Positions 19,934 to 29,467 of a DNA stretch of 64,000 nucleotides are shown here, piece by piece. Below the pieces are notes generated by a model. That model was given only the letters and a program-made list of their open reading frames with translations. It had not been told where the DNA came from and did no database searches. How positions within the stretch are numbered: position 1 is the stretch's first letter; every line of letters starts with the position of its first letter. Source of the DNA: Meyerozyma guilliermondii (lineage: Eukaryota). The translations under genes were made by a program, and so were the position numbers. The stretch spans positions 620,001 to 684,000 of the forward strand of contig CP128821.1 of assembly GCA_051546255.1 (NCBI GenBank). Direction: 5' to 3'.

Positions 19934-21031
19934 ATGCTCCGCTTAATCGGCCCCCACCAGGCTCTCAGAGCACCCAGAACGGTTTTTCGGGCACTTTTGG
20001 GTGTCCGCTACAAGCCACAAGTCCCAGATACTCGGAAAAACGCTCCAGGACCCGGCGAGTGGAAACAATTGAAACAGCATATTCCTGGAGAATCCACCCA
20101 ATCTGATGGCTGGAAACAAAGAATGCCAAAATTTCCCTTGGGCAAGGAAAACGTGCCCACACTTTTGCCCAGGCCGGGAGTACCTCAAGTGGGACCCAAT
20201 ATGACGTTTCGTCAGGTTCTTCAAATTCTTAAGAGGAAGAAAGAACCGGAATTGATCTACGAAGCGGAACCCCACCGGCTCTATTTTCTTGCATGTTTTT
20301 GCTGTGGAGTTATGTTTACGGTATATGGAATAGTTTTGGCAGAATATGCCTGGTTTCAAGCTAACGAAGACTACGAAAAAAATGAGCGAGAGTTGACGGG
20401 TCCAGTTCGCAAAAGAGAATGGTTCATTTCTTTGGTCAAATATCTGGGTTTTGGAGCTACCATGTTTGTGGCAGCTTTTGCCGTGGCCAAGTTTCCCACT
20501 CGGCTCATCCGTCGTATGTGGTACCTTCCTGGACCAGTGGAACATGTACGGTTCACCGCCTATCCTTTGGTTCCTGGAACCGCTACTCCAGTATATACGA
20601 TTCCACTTGCCAATATCCTGCGCAAACATAAGAGCAGAGTGTGGACCGGACGTGGGTTCTATGGCACCGCAGACAGCTCGCTTTTCTTTTTTGTGTTGAA
20701 AGAAGCGCCTTCTGGAAAAAATTGGATAGTTGATAGAAAAGGATTTTTTTGGAGTGATGGTCGAGTTTTTGATTTTCTCTTTGGCAAGGAAACCATTGCC
20801 GAAGCCGAAGCGGGAATCCCATACGACGAGCAAGTCGGAATTGTAAATCGAGAAGTGGAGAAAAAACGCAAGGAATTGCGACAGAAACACGGATTTTTCT
20901 ACAAGTGGAAGATCCAGGCTCAGGATATGAAGTCCGATGCCAATCGCGCAGTGGGCTATATCAAGAACTTGCAGAAGATTGAGAAGAAAGACGAAGCAAA
21001 AGGAATCGAAGAAGAGAAAAAGAGAAAATAA
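19934..21031 (+). CDS. Mitochondrial inner-membrane protein, probable TMEM223/Mrx15 family
   Basis: Arg-rich presequence MLRLIGPHQALRAPRTVFR, two TM helices after LIYEAEPHR, then PTRLIRRMWY and WIVDRKGFF. Family is from recall. Confidence 0.55.
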   Translation: MLRLIGPHQALRAPRTVFRALLGVRYKPQVPDTRKNAPGPGEWKQLKQHIPGESTQSDGWKQRMPKFPLGKENVPTLLPRPGVPQVGPNMTFRQVLQILKRKKEPELIYEAEPHRLYFLACFCCGVMFTVYGIVLAEYAWFQANEDYEKNERELTGPVRKREWFISLVKYLGFGATMFVAAFAVAKFPTRLIRRMWYLPGPVEHVRFTAYPLVPGTATPVYTIPLANILRKHKSRVWTGRGFYGTADSSLFFFVLKEAPSGKNWIVDRKGFFWSDGRVFDFLFGKETIAEAEAGIPYDEQVGIVNREVEKKRKELRQKHGFFYKWKIQAQDMKSDANRAVGYIKNLQKIEKKDEAKGIEEEKKRK

Positions 21032-21369
21032 TGAGAATCGGATTCTGTGCATATATTCCGTGGTGCAGGTTCCACGCATCAGCCCACAACGGGCGCGTGC
21101 GGCCACCGGTGCCACATACGGCGAATCGTACTCCGATTGCTGCAGAACACCCAGACATCGGCCGGGTAACCCGCCCCTTATTGTCGCGACAAGCGCCATC
21201 GACGTATCCCCTCCTCCAAAACTAAAATACCTTCCTTCTCATCCCAGGCTTTTTGTCACCCTAGGGAGCCAGGTGTCTACATATATCGGATTGCAACGCC
21301 CTTACGTTGCCTTACCGCATTTCCTTACTTTCCACATATACACGGGTTCGAGTCCAGCCACGGTGAAAA

Positions 21370-21981
21370 ATGGCAATTAAGGTGGCGGCAAAACCACCGC
21401 AAAAAACAAAGAGAAAGGCAGAGTTGGAAGATATTACCAACAGTAACTTGAAAAAGATTCGCCCCAACTACAAGAAGCATCAGCAGGAGAGATCTCCACC
21501 CCCATCTGACACACAAACACTGTCGCCTCCAAGACCGCGGCAGAAATCGGTTACGTTTGAACTTTCTAATAATCGCCACTATGAGAACTCGCCGTTGTTG
21601 ACTCCCAAGGACGAGGAGGACGACTTTGAAGAACAGCAGGCGAGCTTGGAACGCAGCCGCCATGATCCTCATAATCTTCAGAACAACGCCGATTACGTGG
21701 CACTTACATCGTCACTCCGGGTACTTCAAGCACACAAGGAACGTATCGAGAATGATATCCGCGAGTTGGAGACGCTCCGGCTACAAAACGACGAACAAAC
21801 CCGCGATTTTTTCCTAAAGTTGGTCAAGGGCGACCTCAAGTTGCCGCGGCCAGCGCGGGTGTTGACGGCGCCGGTGGTGGACTGGAGTCGATATCATCAT
21901 AGCCTTGGCGACGTTCAGCAGTGCTTGAACGGGCGGGGCGAAAAACCCATGTTTCGGACGCTCAATTTGTTCCGAACATGA
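21370..21981 (+). CDS. Nuclear protein with Ahc2/ZZZ3-like coiled-coil motif
   Basis: Basic NLS-like N-terminus; LQNNADYVALTSSLRVLQAHKERIENDI...LKLPRPARVLTAPVVDWSRY resembles the conserved segment of ZZZ3 and yeast Ahc2. Confidence 0.5.
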   Translation: MAIKVAAKPPQKTKRKAELEDITNSNLKKIRPNYKKHQQERSPPPSDTQTLSPPRPRQKSVTFELSNNRHYENSPLLTPKDEEDDFEEQQASLERSRHDPHNLQNNADYVALTSSLRVLQAHKERIENDIRELETLRLQNDEQTRDFFLKLVKGDLKLPRPARVLTAPVVDWSRYHHSLGDVQQCLNGRGEKPMFRTLNLFRT

Positions 21982-22211
21982 TGTATTTATGACGACATGA
22001 CGAAATGGCGTGTATATAGGAGGAGTTGTATCGCCAATAAACATTAAACGACAAGAAGAAATAAGATTGTTGTGGAGCTGTAGTATACTTCTGTTATTTA
22101 TCATGTTCATTATCACTTACTGACTTTTCACTCTCATTTCGCACTTCTCTTGAAACTCTCATTCTCACGTTCACTCTCGATCTCACCTTCACCTTCACCT
22201 CCTCTCTTCTC

Positions 22212-23300
22212 TCACTTCTTTCTTCCCTCCTCTTCGTCCTCGCTGTCCGTCACCAAAAATGCATCCAGATTGACGGGCACATCCGGGTTCAATGGCTGCC
22301 ATTTATTTTCCTGGCGTTTAGGAAGTTGAGGCGCCGTTTCTTGTTCGTCTTTCATGCTGATTTTGGTGTGGAAATCGTTGGAGAGGATCTCGGGGTCTTT
22401 GTCGAAGCCAGACTTACGTTCGCTGCTGTTGAAGGACGAGCCGCCCAACGCTCCGAAAAGTTTGGGGCTCTGGTTGGTTCCGCTCTGATCGTTGGGTTCC
22501 TGAAATTTCCGAGTAAGTCCACTCACCCAGCCATTTAATGTTGAACGAGCCTCTTCGAATCCCTGTGTGAATGTCTCCTTAATCTGGCCGAATTCATCAG
22601 GACTTTCGTCGGAATCTTGAGGCCGTGGAGGCACCGGCCGGCCCTTTCTACGAGCGTCCCTGGCGGCTCTCTGGCGACGATCTTCCCGCTCAAATTCCTT
22701 CTGGAGCTTCCTCGCCAACTTCTCGTCGTCTGTCAACCCCTTGGGGGGCGGCGGAGGCCCAGCGGAGGCGGAAGGCACGGGAATGTCCGGTTTGAACGTG
22801 GGGTCAGAAATGTACAACAACGCATTGAAAGCGGGATCGAGTTTTCCTTCCGAGGCAACAAGCACAGCGGTAATGTACTTGTCCTCGATGTTGGGGAACG
22901 CGTCCTTGAGGTCCTTGGTGATTTGGGTTACAGGCGAAATTGGTCTTGGAGGCGGTGGAGGCGCATTTTCGTCACCGGATTTGTTTAGTTTGTTGTCCAA
23001 TTTGTCCCCACCAACGTCTTTCGTGTCTGGTTTTGTGTCTGAAGTGGTCTTGGTGGCGTTCTCTTCTGTAGTAGACGTCTTGGTCTCCTTATCGGTTTCT
23101 TTTGAATCCTTTTCAGTCACAGCAATATCGCCAGCGGGGGCCGGGATTTTTGAATCTGAATTTGTTTTTGTTTCTGTTTCATTTGGGGTTTTCGTAGTGG
23201 ATTCTTTGGATTCAGCGGGCTTGGTAGAGTCGATTTCGTCGTCTAACTCTACTGGTTCGCCGGAAACGACCTTTAATTGTTGGTTCTCCTTCTTTGCCAT
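22212..23300 (-). CDS. CUE5: CUE-domain ubiquitin-Atg8 adaptor
   Basis: CUE domain LKDAFPNIEDKYITAVLVASEGKLDPAFNALL, DDEKLARKLQ, C-terminal WQPL Atg8-interacting motif. Confidence 0.88.
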   Translation of the reverse strand: MAKKENQQLKVVSGEPVELDDEIDSTKPAESKESTTKTPNETETKTNSDSKIPAPAGDIAVTEKDSKETDKETKTSTTEENATKTTSDTKPDTKDVGGDKLDNKLNKSGDENAPPPPPRPISPVTQITKDLKDAFPNIEDKYITAVLVASEGKLDPAFNALLYISDPTFKPDIPVPSASAGPPPPPKGLTDDEKLARKLQKEFEREDRRQRAARDARRKGRPVPPRPQDSDESPDEFGQIKETFTQGFEEARSTLNGWVSGLTRKFQEPNDQSGTNQSPKLFGALGGSSFNSSERKSGFDKDPEILSNDFHTKISMKDEQETAPQLPKRQENKWQPLNPDVPVNLDAFLVTDSEDEEEGRKK

Positions 23301-23985
23301 GGTGATTAGAAGTGCGAATTATTGCCGCGAATGGGCTGCGACAATGGTACTGCGAAAATAAGGAGGAAAATGGGCTGCGGTCACGCTAGGAGCCATACTG
23401 AGAAGAGACCAAAAAAATGAGATTGGATGTTGATTTAATTCTGTGAAAGTGGTGCCTGGCTAATGTCCAAGTAGTGTCTAAGCTATGCATCTAGTAGACC
23501 TTGTTCAATTGGTCTTCTGTTTTCTTTTGGGGTAAGCGGTATGTCGCTTACGTCGCGGCGTACTTTTCAGACCGCCACTATATATTCGTTTTTTCTCGCT
23601 GTTTCTTCAGATAGATAACTCCGAAATATTGATAGAGCTTGGTACCGCGTAAATCGGTATGGAGTGTGGACAGCGGAGACAGAGCGACCGACGGCTTGTC
23701 ACTGCGTGGATCTAGGTCCGGGCCGACAAGTTGTCGAACAAAAAGAGAAAGTAAAAGTGAAGAGAGATGAGGATGGTAGAATGTAGCTTAATGTAGAACG
23801 TAGAAGAGTGGAAAGTAGAACAGGAAAAAGGGAGGTAGCGACAAAAGAAGACACAAAGAAAGAAAATGCAGAGGAAAAGACAGAAATGCAACCAAGTAAT
23901 GGAAAAGTGGCTGGTGGCTAATAGCTCAGTCCAATTGAAGAATGAAATAGTTGTGATATTTGTGAGAATTGACAAAAAGAACAAG

Positions 23986-24026
23986 ACTGAAATGACTGAA
24001 ATGACTGAAGAGACTGAAGAGACTGA
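23986..24026. repeat. 9-bp tandem repeat GACTGAA(AT/GA) x5
   Basis: gactgaaat gactgaaat gactgaaga gactgaaga gactga read directly. Confidence 0.85.
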
Positions 24027-24141
24027 TCACTTAGTACACAAAGCGTAAGTTCCTTCAAAAATTAGTCTCTTTTGATTGTCTTCTTTCAGTTTCATTCATT
24101 TGTCATGCTCGCTTCGCTCGCCTATTCATGTATTATGCTAA

Positions 24142-24393
24142 CTACATCTGAGCCCTCTTCTGCTCCTTGGCCTCCTTCAACTCCTTTTGTCTTCTTATAA
24201 AGTCCAAATTTTCACATTCTTCCCACGAGTGTTTATCATGTTTGCACAGAACCGAGGAATTAGCCGATTGACGAATCAAACAAATCTGGTGAAGAGCAAA
24301 GTATGCTGCGCAGCGGTCTCTCCAGCGCAAGGGAACCTTGTACTTTTGTAAATCGTCCTCGGAAAGAAGAGGGGGGAACTCGGTGACAGACAT
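24142..24393 (-). CDS. Complex I accessory subunit NDUFB7/B18 (NB8M)-like, 83 aa
   Basis: VPLRWRDRCAAYFALHQIC...CKHDKHSWEEC twin CX9C followed by DFIRRQKEL, typical of B18. Confidence 0.85.
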   Translation of the reverse strand: MSVTEFPPLLSEDDLQKYKVPLRWRDRCAAYFALHQICLIRQSANSSVLCKHDKHSWEECENLDFIRRQKELKEAKEQKRAQM

Positions 24394-24703
24394 GATGAAG
24401 AACCAATTGAGATTGGCGAAAATCATGGGGGTGTGTGCAGGACGAGAGACGGATGAAAAGACGAAGACAGAGATGAAGATAGAATAAGAGATATATAAGA
24501 GATAATGGAGATTTGAGGAAATATCGAAGGCATCTTAATGGACATTGAAACATATTGTGTTAAAAGTCAAGTTGAGGTCAATTGACTTTTTCTTGACCTT
24601 TTCTTCAGTTCATTGTAGCCACTTCTATGTGATATTTATTCATCTTATGACTATGGAACCATAGAATGAGCGGTAGCACTGTCTCTACGACTCAGCCTCC
24701 ATG

Positions 24704-24840
24704 CTTCTTCTTCTTCTTCTTCTTCTTCTTCTTCTTCTTCTTCTTCTTCTTCTTCTTCTTCTTCTTCTTCTTCTTCCTTATTCTTCTTTATTTCTTGTTC
24801 TTCATTCTTCTTCTTATTCTTCTTTATTTCTTGTTCTTCT
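24704..24840. repeat. (TTC)n microsatellite of about 24 units, followed by imperfect TTC/TTA-rich duplicated units
   Basis: Pure CTT run 24704-~24776, then CTTATTCTTCTTTATTTCTTGTTCTTC twice. Confidence 0.97.
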
Positions 24841-24843
24841 CTC

Positions 24844-25109
24844 CTACTTTTCAAGCCTCTGCTTCAACAACGTATACTGGCACTTGTAGAACTCGTCTTT
24901 GGCCTTGGAACAGAAAGAAGTACCCTTGTCAAGACATTTATAGTAGGTGATCAAATGGGCTGCACATTGGTCTCTGTGAAGAAATGGCACGTCATGCGCA
25001 TCTAAATCGCTCTGCGATGCTGGATTAGTATTCTGCATGCAAACATAATTTGGAAACGTTGAAAAGACTTACGAATGGCAGGATATTCATAGGCGGCAGT
25101 GTCTGTCAT
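24844..25109 (-). CDS. Second NDUFB7-like twin-CX9C protein, spliced (exons 25109-25073 and 25019-24844), 70 aa
   Basis: 53-nt intron 25072-25020, GTAAGT...TACTAATCCAG. Spliced product MTDTAAYEYPAIPSQSDLDAHDVPFLHRDQCAAHLITYYKCLDKGTSFCSKAKDEFYKCQYTLLKQRLEK. Confidence 0.85.
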
Positions 25110-27204
25110 GATGGAGACTTGACGTTCGCGATTGGTGAGAAGTGTAGGAGGCCCAACACCACAAGCCCAAACACCCACAAACCCAGCTAAACGCTTTCCC
25201 ACCCAAACACCAAGATCCATTAAAATCAGCGGACACCAGCGACGAGTTCCGGCAGTCGCGTGATGTGCGTCGCGTGCGGTGGTTGTAGCCCGTGCCCGTG
25301 TGGAACTTGGCCGGCATGATCTTACCGCGTGCAGATGGTCTGGGCATATGAGACGCATGCACCTACCTACCAAAATTGAGTTTGATGGCGGGTTTACGCA
25401 CCATCTGAAACGGGTTATTTCAGATGCTTTTGTCCCGTATGGCGATGTCAAGATCGGAGTCAACCCGGCATTAATTGCCCCATGCAATTCCCAAAGGCGC
25501 ATTTTTTTTTTTTGCATTTCACCATCCGTCTTGGCATGTACGTACATCGACGTAATGGAACACAAGTTTGAAGCCGAGATTGTTCGCCGACATTCAATGG
25601 GATCATACAATAGCAAAATGCTTGAATACGATATATAATGTTGTGGCAGATGGCACGTATATCATGGCTTTTTGCAGCGAAAATTTAAGCGGTTTAAGCG
25701 CCACATTCACCTAATTTTGCCTCGTTGTGGTTTAATTAAGGAATCGATCTTGCTGAAATGCGCGTTAAGATTGAGTTGGCCACTAGGCAGGTCCCGGCAT
25801 CTAGTCGCACTAAACTGCGCGGCTGGAAACTGTATGCCGCATCTACCCCGCCGCCAAAACAGGCATTAGAGGCAGGAAGGTGCATGGAACACCCGTCGTT
25901 CGTGCAGGTGAAGATTCGAAACCTCAGTAAGGTTACGCGAGGTATCGATACGGTGTTGTAAAAACGTGTTGAGTGAAACCTTTACCGTTACAGTATTTTA
26001 TGTGGCTCGGACTCGGGCCACCTTCCCGGCCATCTTCCGGGACTATTCTTTTAAGCGCTTTGCTGGCGGAGCGCACATGCCGTCCACACACTTTTCGCGA
26101 ATGCACCATAAATGCAATATCAATGCACCATCGGCTAGCAAATTTGCGCGCAATGTAACATCGCTAAAATGTGCATCGGAATTCCTACGATAAGTTGGGC
26201 CACATTGGAGTGGTACGATTTGGCTTGGCCGTCAGATCTCACCGGTCAATCGGGCCGGTTCCTTTTCGGTACCACTTGCTTTACCGCGGTTTCGATTACC
26301 GAGCTGCATTTTAAGCACCGTTGTCAAACGACTGAAACAGCGCAGCTGGGCCAAACAAGGCCAATTTTTGGAAGTCAAAAAATAATGTTGCTGGCATCTC
26401 CGTGAGCACAGTTAGACGGGAAGAAAAGGAAGAATCGGAAAATTGTTGATGATTGTAGGAAACAACCTTTTGATGGTTTTCTGCATGATTTAGCTGCACA
26501 TATATGGCATATGCAATTATCATTCTATGTCACTTGCTTATCGACTTCTATTTCTGGCTCATGCATCTACGCGCGCGCTATGCATGCGGTAGTTGAGGAA
26601 AATCTGCGGCTTACCTCGGTTGGCAACCCAATGGGTAAGGTCGCGCCATGCACCTTTTTTTACCTGAATTACAGCACAAAAAAAGCGGATGATCTCGACG
26701 ATCTACCTCGGGGATATGCCCGTAAATGCATAGCCTTCATTGATGGCCGGAAGTAATCGCGCGGAGATACATTGCACCATCTTTGCGCCTGGCCGGTAGT
26801 TTGACTGGTCTCACCAAGCTAAAATGGGCAATACTTCAACTTGATAAAACGGTCTTCATTCACAAGAATCTATAGTTGGTGGTTAATCTACAGCTGTTTT
26901 TAAACGCGCTTTAAGTTGTATTTGTTCTTGTGGTTTGTGAGGGTCCAATGAAACATGGGGTGGGGGAGTCACGTGCCCCGAGCGTATATTCTTGCATGCA
27001 TCCCTGCGGTTCTATGCAGCCTGCAGTTGCCTCGGTCGCAGTAGTTGTGCCTGAGGTGCAGATTTTGGCGAGCGCTATTTCTGTAATTACAGTTCCGGAA
27101 TAAACCGTCCGGAGTCCAATTTTAACTGCATATATAAGTAGCCTCATCCCCTGGTTACGCCAAACTTCTAATCTAATTTTTAACCACCAAGCCTATTTTG
27201 AAAA
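25110..27204. promoter_or_regulatory. Long (2.1 kb) upstream regulatory region of the GATA factor, rich in TGCAT/ATGCA
   Basis: Longest intergenic region in the window; about 18 TGCAT/ATGCA sites by eye; TATATAA near 27131; GTCACGTG near 26968. Confidence 0.6.
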
Positions 27205-28035
27205 ATGTGCTCCAGTACATTCGAAAGTAAACCGCCACAGCTACCTACATCTACAAGGATCAAATTACCTTCCATAAGTGAATTGACATCTGCTTCTAGT
27301 TTAAGACACTATACTTCCAGACAACCTTTCGAGCTTCCAAAACCGTCTACTCCAGTTAATTATGTACTTAACAAGTCAAGTGTTTCCAGTTCCAGTTCTA
27401 GTTCTGCTTCAAGTTCCGTGTCGGCACCCAGTGTTGCATCGAGTTCCGGCGCCACCACTCCGTTGATAAGGGCGTCGCCATCAGCCCCGTTTTATGACGT
27501 ACACCATAATGGACAGATGCCTGCAACTGTCATGCACCATGTTCCTCAATACCTGTACGTTCCATTTCAGCAGAAGCAAAGTGGGTCGCAGGCACCTGTA
27601 CCGGTGAACTATGGCCAAAATTACTACCAGCCGATATACTACACCATCCAGCGGCCACCTCCGACTCCTCCACACTCACAATATAGTGTCCCGGAAGTGA
27701 TTAATAAACCGAGCAATAAATGCCACCGATGGGGCACCACTGAAACTCCGGAATGGAGACGCGGACCTAATGGGGTACGCACGCTATGCAATGCATGTGG
27801 GTTGTTTCATGCCAAGTTGGTTAAGAGAAAGGGGGCAGCATTAGCTGCGGCCGAGGTGTTGAATAATAAGGTTTGCAAGGGCAAAAACGGCAGGAGAATC
27901 GCGATCAAGAAGCAACAACCGGACATGAAATCGGAATCTGCATTAGGATCACCCACATCTTCCTCATTCCCGCCGCCGCCTCCACTCACAGTTGGCTACG
28001 ATCACAGTTACACCACAGCCGCATCGCATAGATGA
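27205..28035 (+). CDS. BRG1: GATA zinc-finger transcription factor, BRG1/GAT2 type, with second finger Cys replaced by Trp
   Basis: RIKLPSISEL N-terminal motif; PEVINKPSNKCHRWGTTETPEWRRGPNGVRTLCNACGLFHAKLVKRKG matches the Brg1/Gat2 finger except CHRW for CHRC. Confidence 0.85.
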   Translation: MCSSTFESKPPQLPTSTRIKLPSISELTSASSLRHYTSRQPFELPKPSTPVNYVLNKSSVSSSSSSSASSSVSAPSVASSSGATTPLIRASPSAPFYDVHHNGQMPATVMHHVPQYLYVPFQQKQSGSQAPVPVNYGQNYYQPIYYTIQRPPPTPPHSQYSVPEVINKPSNKCHRWGTTETPEWRRGPNGVRTLCNACGLFHAKLVKRKGAALAAAEVLNNKVCKGKNGRRIAIKKQQPDMKSESALGSPTSSSFPPPPPLTVGYDHSYTTAASHR

Positions 28036-28417
28036 GCCTAGAATGAATAAATGAGAATGACGATAGAGCAATATCATAGTAGAGCAACACCGTAAGTTGA
28101 ATCTAAATTAAGGTTTGAGCATTCCAGCCCCTCCTTGCAATGCAATGTCACGCAGTTTCCCAGTGCAATTTCAATTTTTTTTTTTTGTAAACCTTATTTT
28201 TATTTTCTATTCGCAAACCTAGCCGCAGCGATTTCCATGCATGGTGCATCAAAAACCCACAAAAAAAAAAAACAATTAATGCGCATGTCCAACCTGCACT
28301 TATTTTACAGGTTCCATGTGCGGCTCGTCTCGGTCCGTCGCAGCCGACTGTTGCATCGGCTCAGATCAGCCGACGGACAGCGGTCAAAACCTCCAGGGTA
28401 AACAACGGCCGAGTCTG

Positions 28418-29467
28418 TTATTGCAGTTTGAGCACGTGCTTCACCGCATCGAGCACATCGTCGAAAACCCCCTCGGACGGCCGCAGATCAAGAGGAATGT
28501 CGTCGCCATCTGTATACACTCCCGTACGCAAGAGAAGCGACCTCCACGCGCTGCGGTTAGCGCCTTGGATATCCGACGCAGGATTGTCCCCCACCATGTA
28601 AAAGTGGCGGAACCGTTGTCCCCCACTCCACTCCACAAGAGTTTTTGCAGCAAATTCATATTGACTCACAAATGGTTTTCCGAGAATTTTTGACCGAAGT
28701 TCAGCTCCGTTGTTTTGCTCTTTGTAGAGTCGTTCCACCATCATACGGATAGCTCCCTGACCAAAGCGGGGGAGAGGATAATCGGCTGCCCACAAAAAAT
28801 CATTATTGCTGAAAATTATAGGAATTGCCGGTTCGGTTCCGCCCCCACTTACCGGTCTCTTTGTGCCTATTTTTCCATTTTCCGAGTTCAAAAGGTCCAA
28901 AATCACCTGAATATCGGTTCCCATGTCACGGCAATCGTTAAATACAAGAACTGCATCCACCGGTTTATCGAGGTCTACTTCCGATGGACTCAATGCATAT
29001 CGATCTAAAAACTCCTTTGAGTACCGATGGTGTGGAGAAATGCCTGGAGTGGCATTGACCAAGTCGTGAGGCATGAGAACGTCCTTAAATCCATACTCAA
29101 TTGCACATTTCCGGGCCAGATCGTATGGACCACCAACCACCATCACCCGGTCCCATTGTCCAATATACGACTTCATTGGTGTATGGGACTGGACAAGTTG
29201 CCGAGGCGAAAGCGGCACGCCAATTCGTTCCGATAAGAACAGCGCCCGTTCAGTTTCGGTAACTCCGCCGCCATTCGTTAAAAGCAAAAAAGGAACTTGA
29301 TTTTGGCGAAGAAGTTCAAGTGCTGGTTTTGCGCCGGGAAGTGGTTTTGAGCCGCGCACAAGCACTCCATCGATATCGAACACGAACGCAAAGTCGGCAG
29401 TGTTCAGCAATTGCCGAGAAGATTGGCGATAAATGAGCTGGGAGAGGTATTTGGTGCTGCGGAACAT
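28418..29467 (-). CDS. HAD-superfamily class IIA hydrolase, CECR5/YKR070W-like, probably mitochondrial
   Basis: FVFDIDGVL, LLTNGGG, PRFGQGA, LGKP, YMVGDNPASDI motifs; presequence-like N-terminus. Confidence 0.92.
   Translation of the reverse strand: MFRSTKYLSQLIYRQSSRQLLNTADFAFVFDIDGVLVRGSKPLPGAKPALELLRQNQVPFLLLTNGGGVTETERALFLSERIGVPLSPRQLVQSHTPMKSYIGQWDRVMVVGGPYDLARKCAIEYGFKDVLMPHDLVNATPGISPHHRYSKEFLDRYALSPSEVDLDKPVDAVLVFNDCRDMGTDIQVILDLLNSENGKIGTKRPVSGGGTEPAIPIIFSNNDFLWAADYPLPRFGQGAIRMMVERLYKEQNNGAELRSKILGKPFVSQYEFAAKTLVEWSGGQRFRHFYMVGDNPASDIQGANRSAWRSLLLRTGVYTDGDDIPLDLRPSEGVFDDVLDAVKHVLKLQ

Noticed and set aside
19943..21199. 418-aa minus-strand ORF
   Set aside because: Antisense to the TMEM223-like CDS; no domain features.
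24045..24142. GTAAGT...TGCTAAC on the + strand as a possible intron
   Set aside because: No adjacent YAG acceptor and no coherent flanking exons; the branch-like word abuts the NDUFB7-like stop.
24651..24950. Poly-Glu, poly-Phe and poly-Leu ORFs
   Set aside because: Reading frames through the TTC microsatellite.
25002..27147. Many 60-200 aa ORFs in the long intergenic region
   Set aside because: Random-looking composition on both strands; better explained as regulatory DNA.
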